A stretch of 64,000 nucleotides of DNA from Octopus vulgaris (Eukaryota): contig OX597816.1 of assembly GCA_951406725.2 (NCBI GenBank), positions 154,752,001-154,816,000 on the forward strand, in the 5' to 3' direction. The translations under genes and the position numbers were made by a program. Position 1 is the first letter of the stretch. Every line of letters begins with the position of its first letter. The notes beneath the pieces are model-generated. The model saw only the letters and a list, made by a program, of their open reading frames with translations. It made no database searches and was not told the DNA's origin. Positions 1 through 13,018 of this stretch are shown here, in pieces.

Positions 1-224
1 ATATATACATACATATATATATATATATATACATAGACATATATGATCATGTAAATTTATGTGTATGCATGTATGTACGCATGTATGTATATATTCATGT
101 ATTTACACACACGCATATATATCCTTATATCTATGTATATATACACATATTTAGGTGTGTATGTCTATATTTATATATGCATACATACATAATACATACA
201 TACATATATATATATATGTATATG

Positions 225-350
225 ATCTTGTATGTAAGTGCATTTTTCTCTAAAACATGGTACGACTCTATAACACTGTTTCTCTCTCTCCCCCCTCTCC
301 TACATTTCTCAGCCTTTCACACTTTGCACTCCACTTTGACTCGTCTCTTT

Positions 351-382
<32 letters not shown>

Positions 383-945
383 TCTTCTCCTCCTCCTTTG
401 TTCCTTGTTCCCTTTTTCTCTCTTCCTCTGTCCCTCTTTTCTCCCCTCTCTTCTCCTCACACGTGACTAACTTTGGACTGCTGTCCTGCCTTTTCGTGGT
501 CAATGGCCGTCTAGGCTAGACACATTTCTTTCTCTCTTCGCCTCAAGGCATTTTTTCAATGCGCCAGCTCAAGTTCACCCGTCCTGTCGAAAAGACGCAT
601 GTCTGTAACGTCCTGCTTTTGTTATTATTAGTATCATTATTGTTTTTACGTATTTTCGTATTCTTATTCGTGTTATCATTATTATTTTTACGTATTTTTG
701 TATTTTTATTTGTTCCCGTCCTTGTTTTGTATACATTCGAGGCTTTCTTCCAAGGAATCTAATGCGCTTGGCTTAGATTTTCCTTTGGGGCTGGCCAGGT
801 CGGAGCAATCTCAAGATTAATCAGCCGAAATTGCAAAGATGATCCGGTTCTTGACTGATGATCGAAGGCTTCGAATGTCCCATCCGTTTTTTTGTATCGT
901 CTTCTAAATGTTTTGCGTTCTTGTCCCAGTTTGTGTTTTTTTACA
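225..945 (+). mobile_element. Non-autonomous (TA)n-flanked repeat, family A copy 1 (CT-rich leader, CACGTGAC, structured 3' RNA module)
   Basis: Homologous to 25345-25995 (-) and 47760-48020 (+); no coding capacity; bounded by TA/CA microsatellites. Confidence 0.7.
734..877 (+). ncRNA. Candidate rearranged hammerhead ribozyme (family A)
   Basis: gcaaTC|tcaaga (805-816), cagccGAAAttgc (822-834), tcttgaCTGATGA (849-861); stems I and III pair perfectly but the strand order is reversed. Confidence 0.65.
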
Positions 946-950
946 TATAC

Positions 951-980
<30 letters not shown>

Positions 981-981
<1 letters not shown>

Positions 982-1480
982 CTAGCAGTATCGCCCGGCG
1001 TTGCTCGGGTTTGTAAGGGAAATAACTATATAAGCATTTTTAGAGAGTTACTTCCCTTATAGATGCCAATTCGGGCTTTCTTAGCCATTTCTGTTTTGGT
1101 GTCTTCAAGCCATGAAGTCGTTGTTCTAAAAGAACGCTGGTCTCCTTGACAACGCATTACGACGTTGATTTCTTTACACTCCCTTCCCCACAGCTTCACG
1201 AGGGAGGGAAGGAGGAGAAGCAAACAGGTGCAGCTGTGAGCGTGGACGCCAACTCTGCCGCCATCGACACACGAAAAATTATGCATTAAAATGGAACAAA
1301 AATGATGTTAAATTATTTTTAAAATCGTAGACTCATCGTTGACGCGCGCTAATACTCAGACGGGCTCGATATGAATCACGACTATAAGATACCCGAATTT
1401 GGTTAAACTGCACCGCAAAATGTGGGAGGAGTTAGGAATCTAAATCGAAGGGGACAGACACTCACACAACTAGAGTTTTA
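981..1480 (-). mobile_element. Non-autonomous Helitron-like element, tandem copy 1
   Basis: Minus-strand 3' end has hairpin cccgagcaacgccggg followed by CTAG; 5' end TATAAAACTC; near-identical to the next unit. Confidence 0.7.
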
Positions 1481-1487
1481 TATATAT

Positions 1488-1983
1488 ACTAGCAGTATCG
1501 CCCGGCGTTGCTCGGGTTTGTAAGGGAAATAACTATATAAGCATTTTTAGAGAGTTACTTCCCTTATAAATTCGGGCTTTCTTAGCCATTTTTGTTTTGG
1601 TGTCTTCAAGCCATGAAGTCGTTGTTCTAATAGAACGCTGGTTTCCTTCACAACGCATTACGACGTTGAATTCTTTACACTCCCTTCCCCACAGCTTCAC
1701 GAGGGAGGGAAGGGGGAGAAGCAAACAGGTGCAGCTGTGAGCGTGGACGCCAACTCCGCCGCCATCGACACACGATGCATTTTATGCATTAAAATGGAAT
1801 AAAAAATGACGTTAAATTATTTTTAAAATCGTAGACTCATCGTTGACGCGCGCTAATACTCAGACGGGCTCGATATGAATCACGACTATAAGATACCCGA
1901 ATTTGGTTAAACTGCACCGCAAAATGTGGGAGGAGTTAGGAATCTAAATCGAAGGGGACAGACACTCACACAACTAGAGTTTA
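1488..1983 (-). mobile_element. Non-autonomous Helitron-like element, tandem copy 2
   Basis: Head-to-tail repeat of 981-1480 with small indels. Confidence 0.7.
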
Positions 1984-1987
1984 TATA

Positions 1988-2033
<46 letters not shown>

Positions 2034-2039
2034 TATACT

Positions 2040-2251
2040 TTTTTACTGCCCACAAGGGGGGCAAAGATAGAGGGGATAAAGGGATTAAGTCGATTACATC
2101 GACCCTAGTGTGAAACTGGTACTTTATTTTATCGACCCCGAAAGGATGAAAGACAAAGTCGATCTCGGCGGAATTTGAACTCAGAACGTAACGACAGACG
2201 AAATACCGCTAAGCATTTCGCCCGGCGCGCTAACGTTTCTGCCAGCTCGCC
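2040..2251 (-). mobile_element. tRNA-derived SINE, family 1
   Basis: Head ggcgagctggcagaa...gagttcaaattcc (A/B-box-like) and core ctttg(c/t)ctttcatcctttcggggtcgat; many copies in the window. Confidence 0.85.
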
Positions 2252-2455
2252 TGTATACATACATACATACATACATACATACATACATACATACATACAT
2301 ACATACATACATACATACATGTATGTATGTATGTATGTATGTATGTATGTATGTATGTATGTATGTATGTATGTATGTATGCATGTATGTATGTATGCAT
2401 GTATTTATGTTTGTATGTATATATATATATATATATATACATGCATATATACATA

Positions 2456-2502
<47 letters not shown>

Positions 2503-2504
<2 letters not shown>

Positions 2505-3838
2505 CAATCGCAAGACCTCAGCACAAGTTCCATCCTTTCCAGGTGCCCTACCAAGATTCAATTTACTTATTGATGTCATTACCTCATCTATTGAGGACGT
2601 GGAATTTAAGGAGCCAATGATGGGTCTTTGTTGCATAGTATCAATCACTGTTTCATCCACAACTGTCTCATGGTTTAGGAGCTCAGAGAAGTGTTCAATC
2701 GAGCGGCCTGTGATTTCTGTTGATTTAGTAAATAGAGTTGAAGACTCCTTGGAAAGCAAAGGAGCTGATGCGGAGCTCTTAAGCCCATAAACTTGGTTCA
2801 TACGATGCTAAAGCTTCTTGCTGTCATTTGCATCAGCAGCAGCCTGAACATCACGAGCAAGATCCTCCCACCAAGTGTTTTGCATCTTCCTAAGAGATCA
2901 CTGCAGTAGTGATTTTACACTGCTTTAGTGGGCAAGTGCTAGATTTCGCTGCACAGCTGAAAGTCCTCTGTGCAACAATACATTGTGGGCATGGCGCTTT
3001 ACAGCAAATAACCGTTGAACTTCAGCATCATTTTCATCAAATCAGTCTCTGTGTCAGGTAGTAGCATATCCTAGTGTTTCAGGAGCAAATTGAAGAACCT
3101 GGTCTCGAGAATCTTCCCATGCTACAATATTTTCAATGTTGGACAAGCGAGTCCGAAGCTCTTTCCTCAACACAGAATCATATATCTTGTGGAAATTCAT
3201 ACACCGAGGAATGCCTACTGGCCCTCTTCTCTCTTTCACTCTAATCATCCGGAACTTTGCTCGCACCAGTCTGTTGTCTGACCAGCATTCCAGCCCATGA
3301 AAGGACTTGCTATTACTTGCAGATGAAATTATTCAGCAAGTGCCAAACGTTAGACCTTGGATGCTTCCACGTTGTTGTGTGATCACCTTTGTCATTAATA
3401 TGAATGCCTGCAATATAAAGTCCATGTTCATCGCAAAGCTCCAGCAGCATGAGACCATTGCTATTCATTTTCCCTACACCAAAACGTCCTAGATAGTTCC
3501 ATGTTTGCCACCCAGCATTGAAATCCCTCCGTAGAACGACTTTATCAGAATTGGGGATTTTCTTAAGTATAGCTCTCAGCTGGGTATAAAAAATACTTTT
3601 ATCTTCATCACAACTTGTCAAAGTAGGTGCATAGGTACTTATTAGAGTAGCAAGCCACCCATCTTTCAGGTGCAATCGTAGTCATTTGACATTCATTTAT
3701 AGGAAAAGGAAGCCCTCCAACTTCTTGAGGATAATAGATCGAACTGCAAAGCCAACACCAGCCTCTCTGCGCTCCTCCTCCTGCCTCCCCTTCCAAAAAA
3801 TGGTGTATCCACCTCCCACTTCCTCAAGCTGACCATTA
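2503..3838 (-). mobile_element. Decayed RTE-type LINE fragment (APE endonuclease to the start of RT)
   Basis: Motifs TLISTYAPTL, DFNA, GRFGVGKMNSNGLMLLELC, TTWKHPRSNVWHLL and GRAPGKDG; multiple stops and frameshifts. Confidence 0.85.
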
Positions 3839-4230
3839 ACTTTTTGCTTGTCCGGTATTTCTCGGACGAATTTTTCTAGGTGTAGACTGAATTTTATGAG
3901 GTATTTTTTCTTAAATTTCTTTCGGAATTATGTTAAATAAAGCAGGAACAGTTGAGATAAGAAAAGTGGGTCGTAATGTTGTTACGTGTTGTGAGAGCGA
4001 TTTTTGTAGGGGTCGTAAAGCTCTGCGGTCAAACCTTGTATAACTTGTGAACTTGATACTAGCATCATTCCGACAGGGTTAATGGAATATTTTTAACATT
4101 GTACAAATCAAGTAGCGACTACAGTGGCTTTGGAGAAAATAACATTTGAGTTTTTCTTTTGCATTTCTCTATCTCAATATTTACTTCATTACTCCAGGTG
4201 TGTCATGACTTAATTTTGTTGTGATCGCGC

Positions 4231-4268
<38 letters not shown>

Positions 4269-4859
4269 ACACACACAAGTATATGTATGTGTTTGTGTGT
4301 GTGTTAGTGTGCGCGAGTATAACTGATTGGTATTGTGATGCGGTGCGCTTGTACCTTAATGAATTTGAACGAAATCAAATGAAAATTGATTTTCACAAGA
4401 AACTCGGTGATGAGTGCAGATAACGTTTGGAATGTAACAACAGGAAATACAAAAATGCTCTTGCTTTACATTGACGACTCTCGCCTTCTGTATGTACAAT
4501 CTATATGCACTGTATATATTATATATAGATTTTCTTTTAAGCTACACACTGTAAAACAGTTTTTGCTTTTCTCTGATAATGCCTTTTTCATATTTCCCAC
4601 TACTACACATGCACCCATCGAGTAGAAAATAAGAAGTAAGTAGTGTGATACAGAAAAGCAAAAACCGTTTCAAAGTGTACAACGTTAAAGTGAAGCGGTA
4701 AAACAAGAGGTATTTTTAACTGTTTGATGCTATTTCGAGAATTAAGTGAAGTGGAACGAGAAAATACTTTCAGCAAAGAGCATAAACTGAAGTCATAACG
4801 TAACTGTTGTACATACACATCCACACTCACCCACACACGTACATATATATATATATATT

Positions 4860-5082
4860 TCTTTACTACCCACAAGGGGCTAACACAGAGGGGACAAACA
4901 AGGACAGACAAACGGATTAAGTCGATTACATCGACTCCAGTGTGTAACTGGTACTTAATTTATCGACCCCGAAAGGATGAGAGGCAAAGTCGACCTCGGC
5001 GGAATTTGAACTCAGAACGTAACGGCAGACGAAATACGGCTACGCATTTCGCCCGGCGTGCTACCGTTTCTGCCAGCTCGCC

Positions 5083-5086
<4 letters not shown>
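4860..5086 (-). mobile_element. tRNA-derived SINE, family 1
   Basis: Same head and core as 2040-2251. Confidence 0.85.
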
Positions 5087-5122
<36 letters not shown>

Positions 5123-5280
5123 CACCTTAATATATATATATATATATACATATATTTTCACACACACACACATATGCAGTTAATAAAAAAAAACCCGAAG
5201 AAAAAACACAAGAAAAAACAACACGGGGACGTGGTATATACAAAGTATTAGTAGACGCTCAGGGAAGGAAAGAAAGATAG

Positions 5281-5314
5281 TTTTACGTTTCGAGCAAAGC
5301 TCTTCTTCAGAAAA
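5281..5314 (-). ncRNA. Minimal type I hammerhead ribozyme motif in a repeat (about 5170-5560; relative at about 61035-61290)
   Basis: Minus strand tttt-CTGAAGA-a-gagc-ttt-gctc-GAAA-cg-TA-aaa; palindromic ACGT stem III. Confidence 0.7.
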
Positions 5315-5654
5315 AGGAAACAGAGGAAAGTCTAAGAGAAAGGAAGACGGAGGAAAAAAAAATTGCCAACGATCCACATGAAGTTGCATTTTGAAATGAC
5401 CAGGAGGGAATGGGTGAAGAAAAAACTTTCTAAGACAGGAGAGTGTAAGAGAAGGAGGTATCCGTGTGTATGTGTGGGTATGTGCGTGTGCGCAAGTGTG
5501 TGTGTGTGTGTTTGTGTGTGTAATAGCATGTGTGTATGTGTATGTGTAATAGCATGTGTGTTTGTGTGTGGTGTTGGCCGTTTATATATGTATGTGTGAG
5601 TGAACTTTGTTCCTGTTAATGTTGTAGGAAGAATTCAGCAGCATGGTAACAGAA

Positions 5655-6070
5655 CGGCGAGCTGGCAGAACAGTTAGCACGCCGGACGAAATGCTTAGCG
5701 GTATTTCGTCTGCCGTTACGGTCTGAGTTCAAATTCCGCCGAGGTCGACTTTGCCTTTCATCCTTTCGGGGTTGATTAAATAAGTATCAGTTACGCACTG
5801 GGGTCAATATAATCGGCTTAATCCGTTTGTCTGTCCTTGTTTGTCCTCTCTGTGTTTAGCCCCTTGTGGGTAGTAAAGAAATAGGTATTTCGTCTGCCGC
5901 TACGTTCTGAGTTCAAATTCCGCCGAGGTCGACTTTGCCTTTCATCCTATCGGGGTCGATAAATTAAGTACCAGTTACGCACTGGAGTCGATGTAATCAA
6001 CATAACCCGTGTGTCTGTCCTTCTTTGTCCCCTCTGCGTTTAACCCCTTGTGGGTAGTAAAGAAATAGGT
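5655..6070 (+). mobile_element. SINE family 1 with a tandem duplication of its 3' ~185 bp
   Basis: Unit ggtatttcgtctgccg...tagtaaagaaata occurs twice (about 5700-5885 and 5885-6070). Confidence 0.8.
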
Positions 6071-6189
6071 AACAGAAGTGGTTGTCTTTTGTATAGTTGT
6101 AGGTTTCTTCACATGTGTGTGGAGGAAAGGTCCGTAGAAAGGTGTATGGCTGGCAGTTTGAAGTACGTCTATGTACAAACATACATATA

Positions 6190-6380
6190 TATATGTATGT
6201 AGGCATGTACCCAAGTTTGTATGTTTACTGTATATGTATGTATAGGTTTTTAGGCATGTGTATGTATAAGTAAATATATATTTTAATGGTGTCAGTTCAT
6301 TGTAAGTAAATATTTTTTATTACAAACGGACATAGATTTAAATTTATTTTACCATTAATTAGTTTACCCTGAGTATACAG

Positions 6381-6452
<72 letters not shown>

Positions 6453-7977
6453 TAATGTATATATAAGTATCTACGCACATATATACACACATATAATGCG
6501 TCTCCGTGTGTATTTCTAAATGTACAACTTAGTTGTTGCAAGCTAGAAAAGGAAAGAAGAAAAGAAAGAGAAAATCAGAAAATAATAAGTGGTGGGAGAA
6601 CGAAAAAAGACAGAGAGAAAATAGAAAAACAGATAAATAGATAGATAAACTTAGGAAGAATCTTATTACATTTTTCCAAAGAATGGTCTTACGGATAACA
6701 ATAGAAAGTAACCTTAATAATGTGTATTTTTTAGATATTAGATTAGATTTGGTCTTACGGATAACAATAGAAAATAACCTTAATAATGTGTATTTTTTAG
6801 ATATTAGATTAGATTTGTAATTAGATAAATTTAAATCCTACAGCGTTTCAAAATGCCGCTCCGTATTATAATAATGCATGAAGATCAAGTATAGCCAAAC
6901 TACTTCTAGCAATAATAGAACACGTAGGACTAGAACTAGGAAAGTTTTGTGGTTTAATCCGGCATTTAACATTGCCGTAAAAACAAATATAGGTAGGTAA
7001 TTCTTAAAACTAGTTTCTAAACATTTTCAAACTAGCCATAATTTCTATAGAAGTTTTAATAGGAGCACGCTGAAGGTTAGCTATTCTTGTTGTAAAATCT
7101 TGGCCTCTTTAATTAATCAACACCAGACGAAAATCATTAGAAGCAACAACAGTGCCGAATTTAACCAGAAGAATTGCAATTTCAAAGATCAGGGTTGCTG
7201 TCCGTTAGGAGGAAAATGTCTTGAGAAAGGAACAGTTTATAGAGCTAAAGTATATATAGATAGCTCACAAGAATACAGAACATACACAAGAGCATCGGAA
7301 AATTCCTTCAAGACTAGGTTTTATTTCCACTGAAATTCTTTTCGATATCCCGATAACAGGACAGCGAAAACATGTCTGGCAGTTGAAGGAAAATGATGCC
7401 CTTCCTTTCAATATCAGCTGGGCAATTTTGAAGAAAGCAGCACCATATAAACATGGAGCATATAGACGACCAGTGAGATGCAATCTGAGTCTCACTGAGA
7501 AACTTTTCGTCCTGTTCCAGCATAAATATGTACCGAACCAAAGACGAGAGCTTTCAAATTCCTGCAGGCACTTTATGATGGTTAAAATGTCAACTGAAAA
7601 AATACCGTATGGGTAATTTTTCGACTTTTGCATTTGAATTTAGCTTTTACACCTAAAATATCGACATATTACAATGCTGGTACATAATTCGCCTTCATAT
7701 TTTACATTCGACTTTCAAGAAAGGCTTCGACTGTTTTGCAAATATAAATTAAAATTTTGCCAGGTTAAATTTTTACTCATTTTTGCTCATTTTCATATTT
7801 AAATGTAAAAATTTAAATTTATATTTTAAAAAATTTATATTTTTAAAATTTATATTGCACTTTATATGATATAATTTATTTATAATTTTCCTATTTTAAT
7901 ATTCAATACACCAAACAGTTTTTAATATATTTGTATGTGTATATACATTATGGTGTATATATGTATCTCGATGTGGA

Positions 7978-8056
<79 letters not shown>

Positions 8057-8216
8057 ATTTGTATATTTGTATGCGTGTCTATATGTGTTTTACCTATTGA
8101 ATATATGTATGTATTTATGTAGATATGCAAGTCTGTTTTATATGCGCGTTTGCAAGCTTTCAGAAGTATCTAACATTTCTTAGATACTGTTTGGGAATGA
8201 CAACTTCCAAATCTTT

Positions 8217-8261
<45 letters not shown>

Positions 8262-8427
8262 GTCTATCTGTTTTTCTCTTTCTCTTTCTATTTTATCTAT
8301 CTCTTTTTTCTTTCTCCCACTACTTATTTTCTGATTTTCTTTTCCTTTTTTTATACCTTCTTTCCTTTTCTAAATTGCACCAACTAAATTGTACATTTAG
8401 AAATGCGCACGGTGGCGCATTATGTGC

Positions 8428-8485
<58 letters not shown>

Positions 8486-9075
8486 GTAGATACCTGTATG
8501 TACATTAATATATACATATTTTGCTTGTATTGTATGTATATGTATGTAGGCATGCACCAACGTTTGTATGTTTATTGTATGTATGTATAAGTTTTTTTTG
8601 GAATGGGTATATATAAGTAAATGTATATGTATTGTAATGATGTCAGTTCATTGTAAGTGAATATTTTTTTTATTATATACAGACATAAATTTAAATATTT
8701 TAATGATGTTAGTCCTTTGAAAGTGAATATTTTTATTATAAACGGACATAAATTTGAATTTATTTTACCATTAATTAATTTACACTGAGTATACAGATTT
8801 TTTCCTTCTAACAAAGTGTAGTTTTGATTTAAGGTTTTCTTCGATTTTAAATAATATGATTTTAAATCATAATTCAAATTTTTAATTTCATATATCCGCT
8901 TATTGAAAAGGCCGTTAGTTGAAAGGACCAATGAAATAAAACAATTTTCAGATGTATATCTATCAATGTAATTGTATATTTATACTTGTAACCTAATTTT
9001 TGTTCCATTCTCATCCTACACTATCCGACAAACGGGAGCTTTTGTGATGTCTTTGCAGCTTTACTAATAAAGCAT
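6190..9075 (+). mobile_element. Older 5'-truncated Penelope-like element with pLTR-like repeats
   Basis: Decayed GIY-YIG region; about 6455-6660 is inverted relative to 8270-8510; about 6190-6390 is a direct repeat of 8540-8800; (TA)n at the junctions. Confidence 0.7.
6945..7616 (+). pseudogene. PLE C-terminal linker and GIY-YIG endonuclease, disrupted
   Basis: WFNPAFN..VKTNIG, KVSYSC, CPLGGKCL, VYRAKV, FKTRFY.H; paralogous to ORF 36260-36937; stops and a frameshift. Confidence 0.85.
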
Positions 9076-9088
9076 ATATATATATATG

Positions 9089-9130
<42 letters not shown>

Positions 9131-9135
<5 letters not shown>

Positions 9136-9390
9136 ACCGACCAGACCATCAGATGTTGCTACACATCGCTGGTCACAATGCATTCGCATTGTTTTAGCCT
9201 TCGGACGTCGCCACCCCATTGGCTAAGCGAGCAGGCCAACAGAAGAGTGAGAGAAAGAGTGGTGAAAGAGCCTCGTGGAGCTTTTAAGTGTTTTCGCTCA
9301 ATAAAACACACAACGCCTGGTCTGGGAATCGAAACCGCGATCCTACGACTGCGAGTCCGCTGCCCTAATCACTGGGCCATTGCGCCTCCA
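9131..9390 (-). mobile_element. tRNA-derived SINE, family 3
   Basis: Minus strand ggaggcgcaatggcccagtgattagggcagcggactcgcagtcgtaggatcgcggtttcgattccc, a tRNA-like head with A and B boxes. Confidence 0.7.
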
Positions 9391-9405
9391 CACACACACA
9401 CACAC

Positions 9406-9487
<82 letters not shown>

Positions 9488-12097
9488 GTATGCATGCATA
9501 TACATATATTTTCGTATATATATGTGTATATCTATCTGCTTGCCTGTCTGTCTGTCTGTCTATCTTTCTGTCTCCCCCTCTCTCTCTTTCTGTCTATCTA
9601 TCTAGCCATCATGCACAGCGTTCTATAATGAATACCTCTATCTCTTTTTCGTTTCCAACTACTCACACACACACGCACACAGCTTCATTTTGTAAAAGTA
9701 TATCTAGTTAATTAGTACAATTTGGAACTGGAAAATTTCCAATTTTGTACTTTTGTTAAAAAGAAATTAGTGATTTAAAAATTCTACTGCTCGAAATGTA
9801 AACCAAAAAAGTATAAAATTATGTTTGTTCCGTTTGATGTTGCATATTTTCAGATTCGTTAATTATCTTTGATTAGTTTTCCTGTGATTTAGCTTTTAAG
9901 GTCTTAGAATAAATTAGTAATGTGTGATGTAATAGAATTCATAATTTACTTTTGAAAATAATGTGCTGTCAGGTATATGAGGTAGAGTGTCGTTTCTTTA
10001 GGGTTACCTTCCACTTCACCTATGTTCAGCCTTGATTGAACATTTCAACTGTGTCCATCACGTCTTACTGTAGTTTAAAAATTAGATAATTCAATGTGCT
10101 CTTCTTTTTTAAACTAGTGAAGCGGGATTTGAAGGAGGTTGGCAGTTACTTTTAGCAAGTCAAGTGATAATATAAAGATTTCTTTTTATGACTCTTGTTC
10201 GCGCCTCTTGTGCTTTTTTATTATTATCTCTTAGCTGAAGTTTGGTGGGTGGGGGAGGCATTGTCTATTACCTTTTCCGAGACCTCCGAGACTGGTGGTA
10301 GTAGAGAAATAAGTATCCCCAAGCCAGAGACTTGGTCAAAATGCTTGCAACAGAGTGAATATTATTACAGACACCAATAGACAAGTGGTGAACTTAAAGA
10401 GGGCCAACTAGGTCACAGTGAAGTTTGAACTCAGAATGCAAAGAATCGGAACCTATACTACAAGGCATGCCGTCTAACGCTCTACCGACTCTGCCAAATT
10501 TGCTGCTTATGTATGTGTGTGTGTGTGTGTGTGTGCGTGCGTGCGCGCGCGACAGAAATAGGGAACAGAAAGAGAGAAAGATAGAGTGAGAATGAAAGAG
10601 AAAACGAGGGAGAAAGAGAGAGGGAAAGAGAGAGAGAGTGAAAGAGAGAGGGAGTGAGAGAAGTCAGAGAATAATCGCTTGGATCTGCAGGCCAGGGGCT
10701 TATTTTCAGTTTCTGTAGTGTCAATCGGTTTGCGATAGAAATCTTTGCCGTCCATGGACAACAGTATGCTTATCTTATTGTCTGTTCATAATCGTGCGCT
10801 TTTGCACCGGAGGAAATGAACGCAGCATTTGAAGCCAAAGAAATATTAATTCAAAATTATCACGAGGTTGTTGTTTAGCTGCAGGTGAATCATGATCGAG
10901 CAAACGTATGATTTAAACTATTCCACTTTAAAGTATCTGCCACTCCGTCTACTTAGAGATATGTTCGACTCATTATCTGTATTCTTAAGACGTTTGGCGC
11001 AATTTGAGAGGGATCTGACTGTTGCTTCTAAAAGAACGACTAACCACATGTATGTTTTTTTACGTTGGTTCGTGATGTTTCTGTTGTGTTTGTTTCCATA
11101 TCAGTTCTAGTCGTGTATGTCTGTTATAAAAAGCATTTCAGCTGAGGTCATCCCATCGTTTCGGGGCATCTAGGTATACATTACCCAACGGTTTCTTTAT
11201 TGAAGACCATACGGTTTGATATGTGGGTTATTTGGCTGCTAAAAACTATTTAAACTTAGACTCAGACTTTGAGAACTAAGTGCTTCGGTCAAGGTGCTGT
11301 GCCGATGAAAGAACACGATCTACAAAGCTTTCACGTAACAACTAATTTATTGATCTCAGTTACCTAGCCATAACGCTTACCTACTCAAAATCTTCAATAT
11401 TAATGGGTTATTTGGTTATTAAATGAAGATTCTATCTTATAATCTTAAAAGTAATGATTTCTAACATCGTCAAAAGACCGCAATTTATCGAAGAAAGTAT
11501 AATCGATTAAATCAATTCCTTTCCTTAATTGCTACTTATTTTATTGATCCTAGAATAATTATTGGTAAGTTCGGTGTACATCTGATTTGAATCCACAACG
11601 TAATAAGCTTAATTCTTAGCTAGTTATTGAATTGGTTATTTAAAGCCGCTGTTTCGAAAAGGTGGCGAGTAGATATTATTAACGCTTGAAAGATTAAAAG
11701 GAGACGGCTCACCAAGTTATACTGTAATGAAGTTGAAAATGTCCTTAATGCATTCTAGTGTCCCAAAGGTTGCCACTAGTAATTGGAAGAAATGGAATAG
11801 AGTGACGCTGTCCAGCTGTGTATATTAGGAATCCCTAAATGAGAAATTGGTGCGCAGTCCAGTCTGGGGTAAGTAGAGTACGTTAAAGACGATAGATGTT
11901 AAACTAGCTAATACCCTCATTTTTATACTAAGTCCACGACTGGCCCAGGTTCTTGAGGGTGAGGGAGCAGAAATATAGAGCAAATTGACAAAGACAAAAA
12001 TGTAAATAAGAAATCCGAATGAGGAAGTATATGAGTAGGATCCATCATATTGGTGGAAAATTCACCGACAGGAACTGAGAATAATACTTGACAATTA

Positions 12098-12145
<48 letters not shown>

Positions 12146-12275
12146 TATGTATATATATATATATGTGTATATATATATATATACATATATATCGTTTGTA
12201 GAAATACATAAATCCGGAGATCCGAAGAAGTACACTTTAAGATGCAGAGCAGTTAATATGGGGGAGGCCGGTTTA

Positions 12276-12338
12276 TGGGGTTACCCTGGGTTTCTCGCTT
12301 ATAAGGGATTTAGCCTTAAGGCGTGTCTTCAGACCCCA
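12276..12338 (-). ncRNA. Type I hammerhead ribozyme
   Basis: tggggt-CTGAAGA-cacgc...gcga-GAAA-ccc-a-ggg-TA-acccca; perfect 6-bp stem I, GUA cleavage site, next to (TA)n. Confidence 0.85.
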
Positions 12339-12570
12339 AACACTGCTGGCTTAAGACCTCTTCAAAGTATGGAGGGGGAAATGCCTCGCTATAAAGGTAA
12401 ACACTAGGTGATTATCTCCTTTGCTATTGGCCATCGAACACACAAACACACATATATTTCTCGAACTTGTCAAAATTCTATTTGACAAATTCGAGAACCA
12501 AACGAAAGCGCTAATAATAATGAATGAATAAAAAGAATTTTATCCAAAATTCTGGCAACCTTTTTTCTGA

Positions 12571-12604
<34 letters not shown>

Positions 12605-12867
12605 CTGGTTTTTTTTTTACCTTAAAACTGGAATACACTAATATCCTCGATTGGAGGTTTCCCTCGCTTTTACATCTCTCTGACTTCTTTTCTGATGACG
12701 GTATACTTAGATTATGGAATCTTTACTCAATGTGATAATCCACACGATAGACTATTTTTCTATCTAAATTAAAATGTTATTTCAAGTGACGCCAAAAAGT
12801 TTGCCTTTTCATTTTTACTTTACCTACATACACAGACACATAAATACATACATACATACATGCATGC

Positions 12868-12945
<78 letters not shown>

Positions 12946-13018
12946 ATGTATATATGTATATATATATATATGTGTGTATATATATATGTCTTTTCATGTT
13001 ATAATAAAATATATATAT

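Noticed and set aside
12690-12730. tttt-CTGATGA-cggtatac possible hammerhead
   Set aside because: No matching GAAA, stem III or UH found
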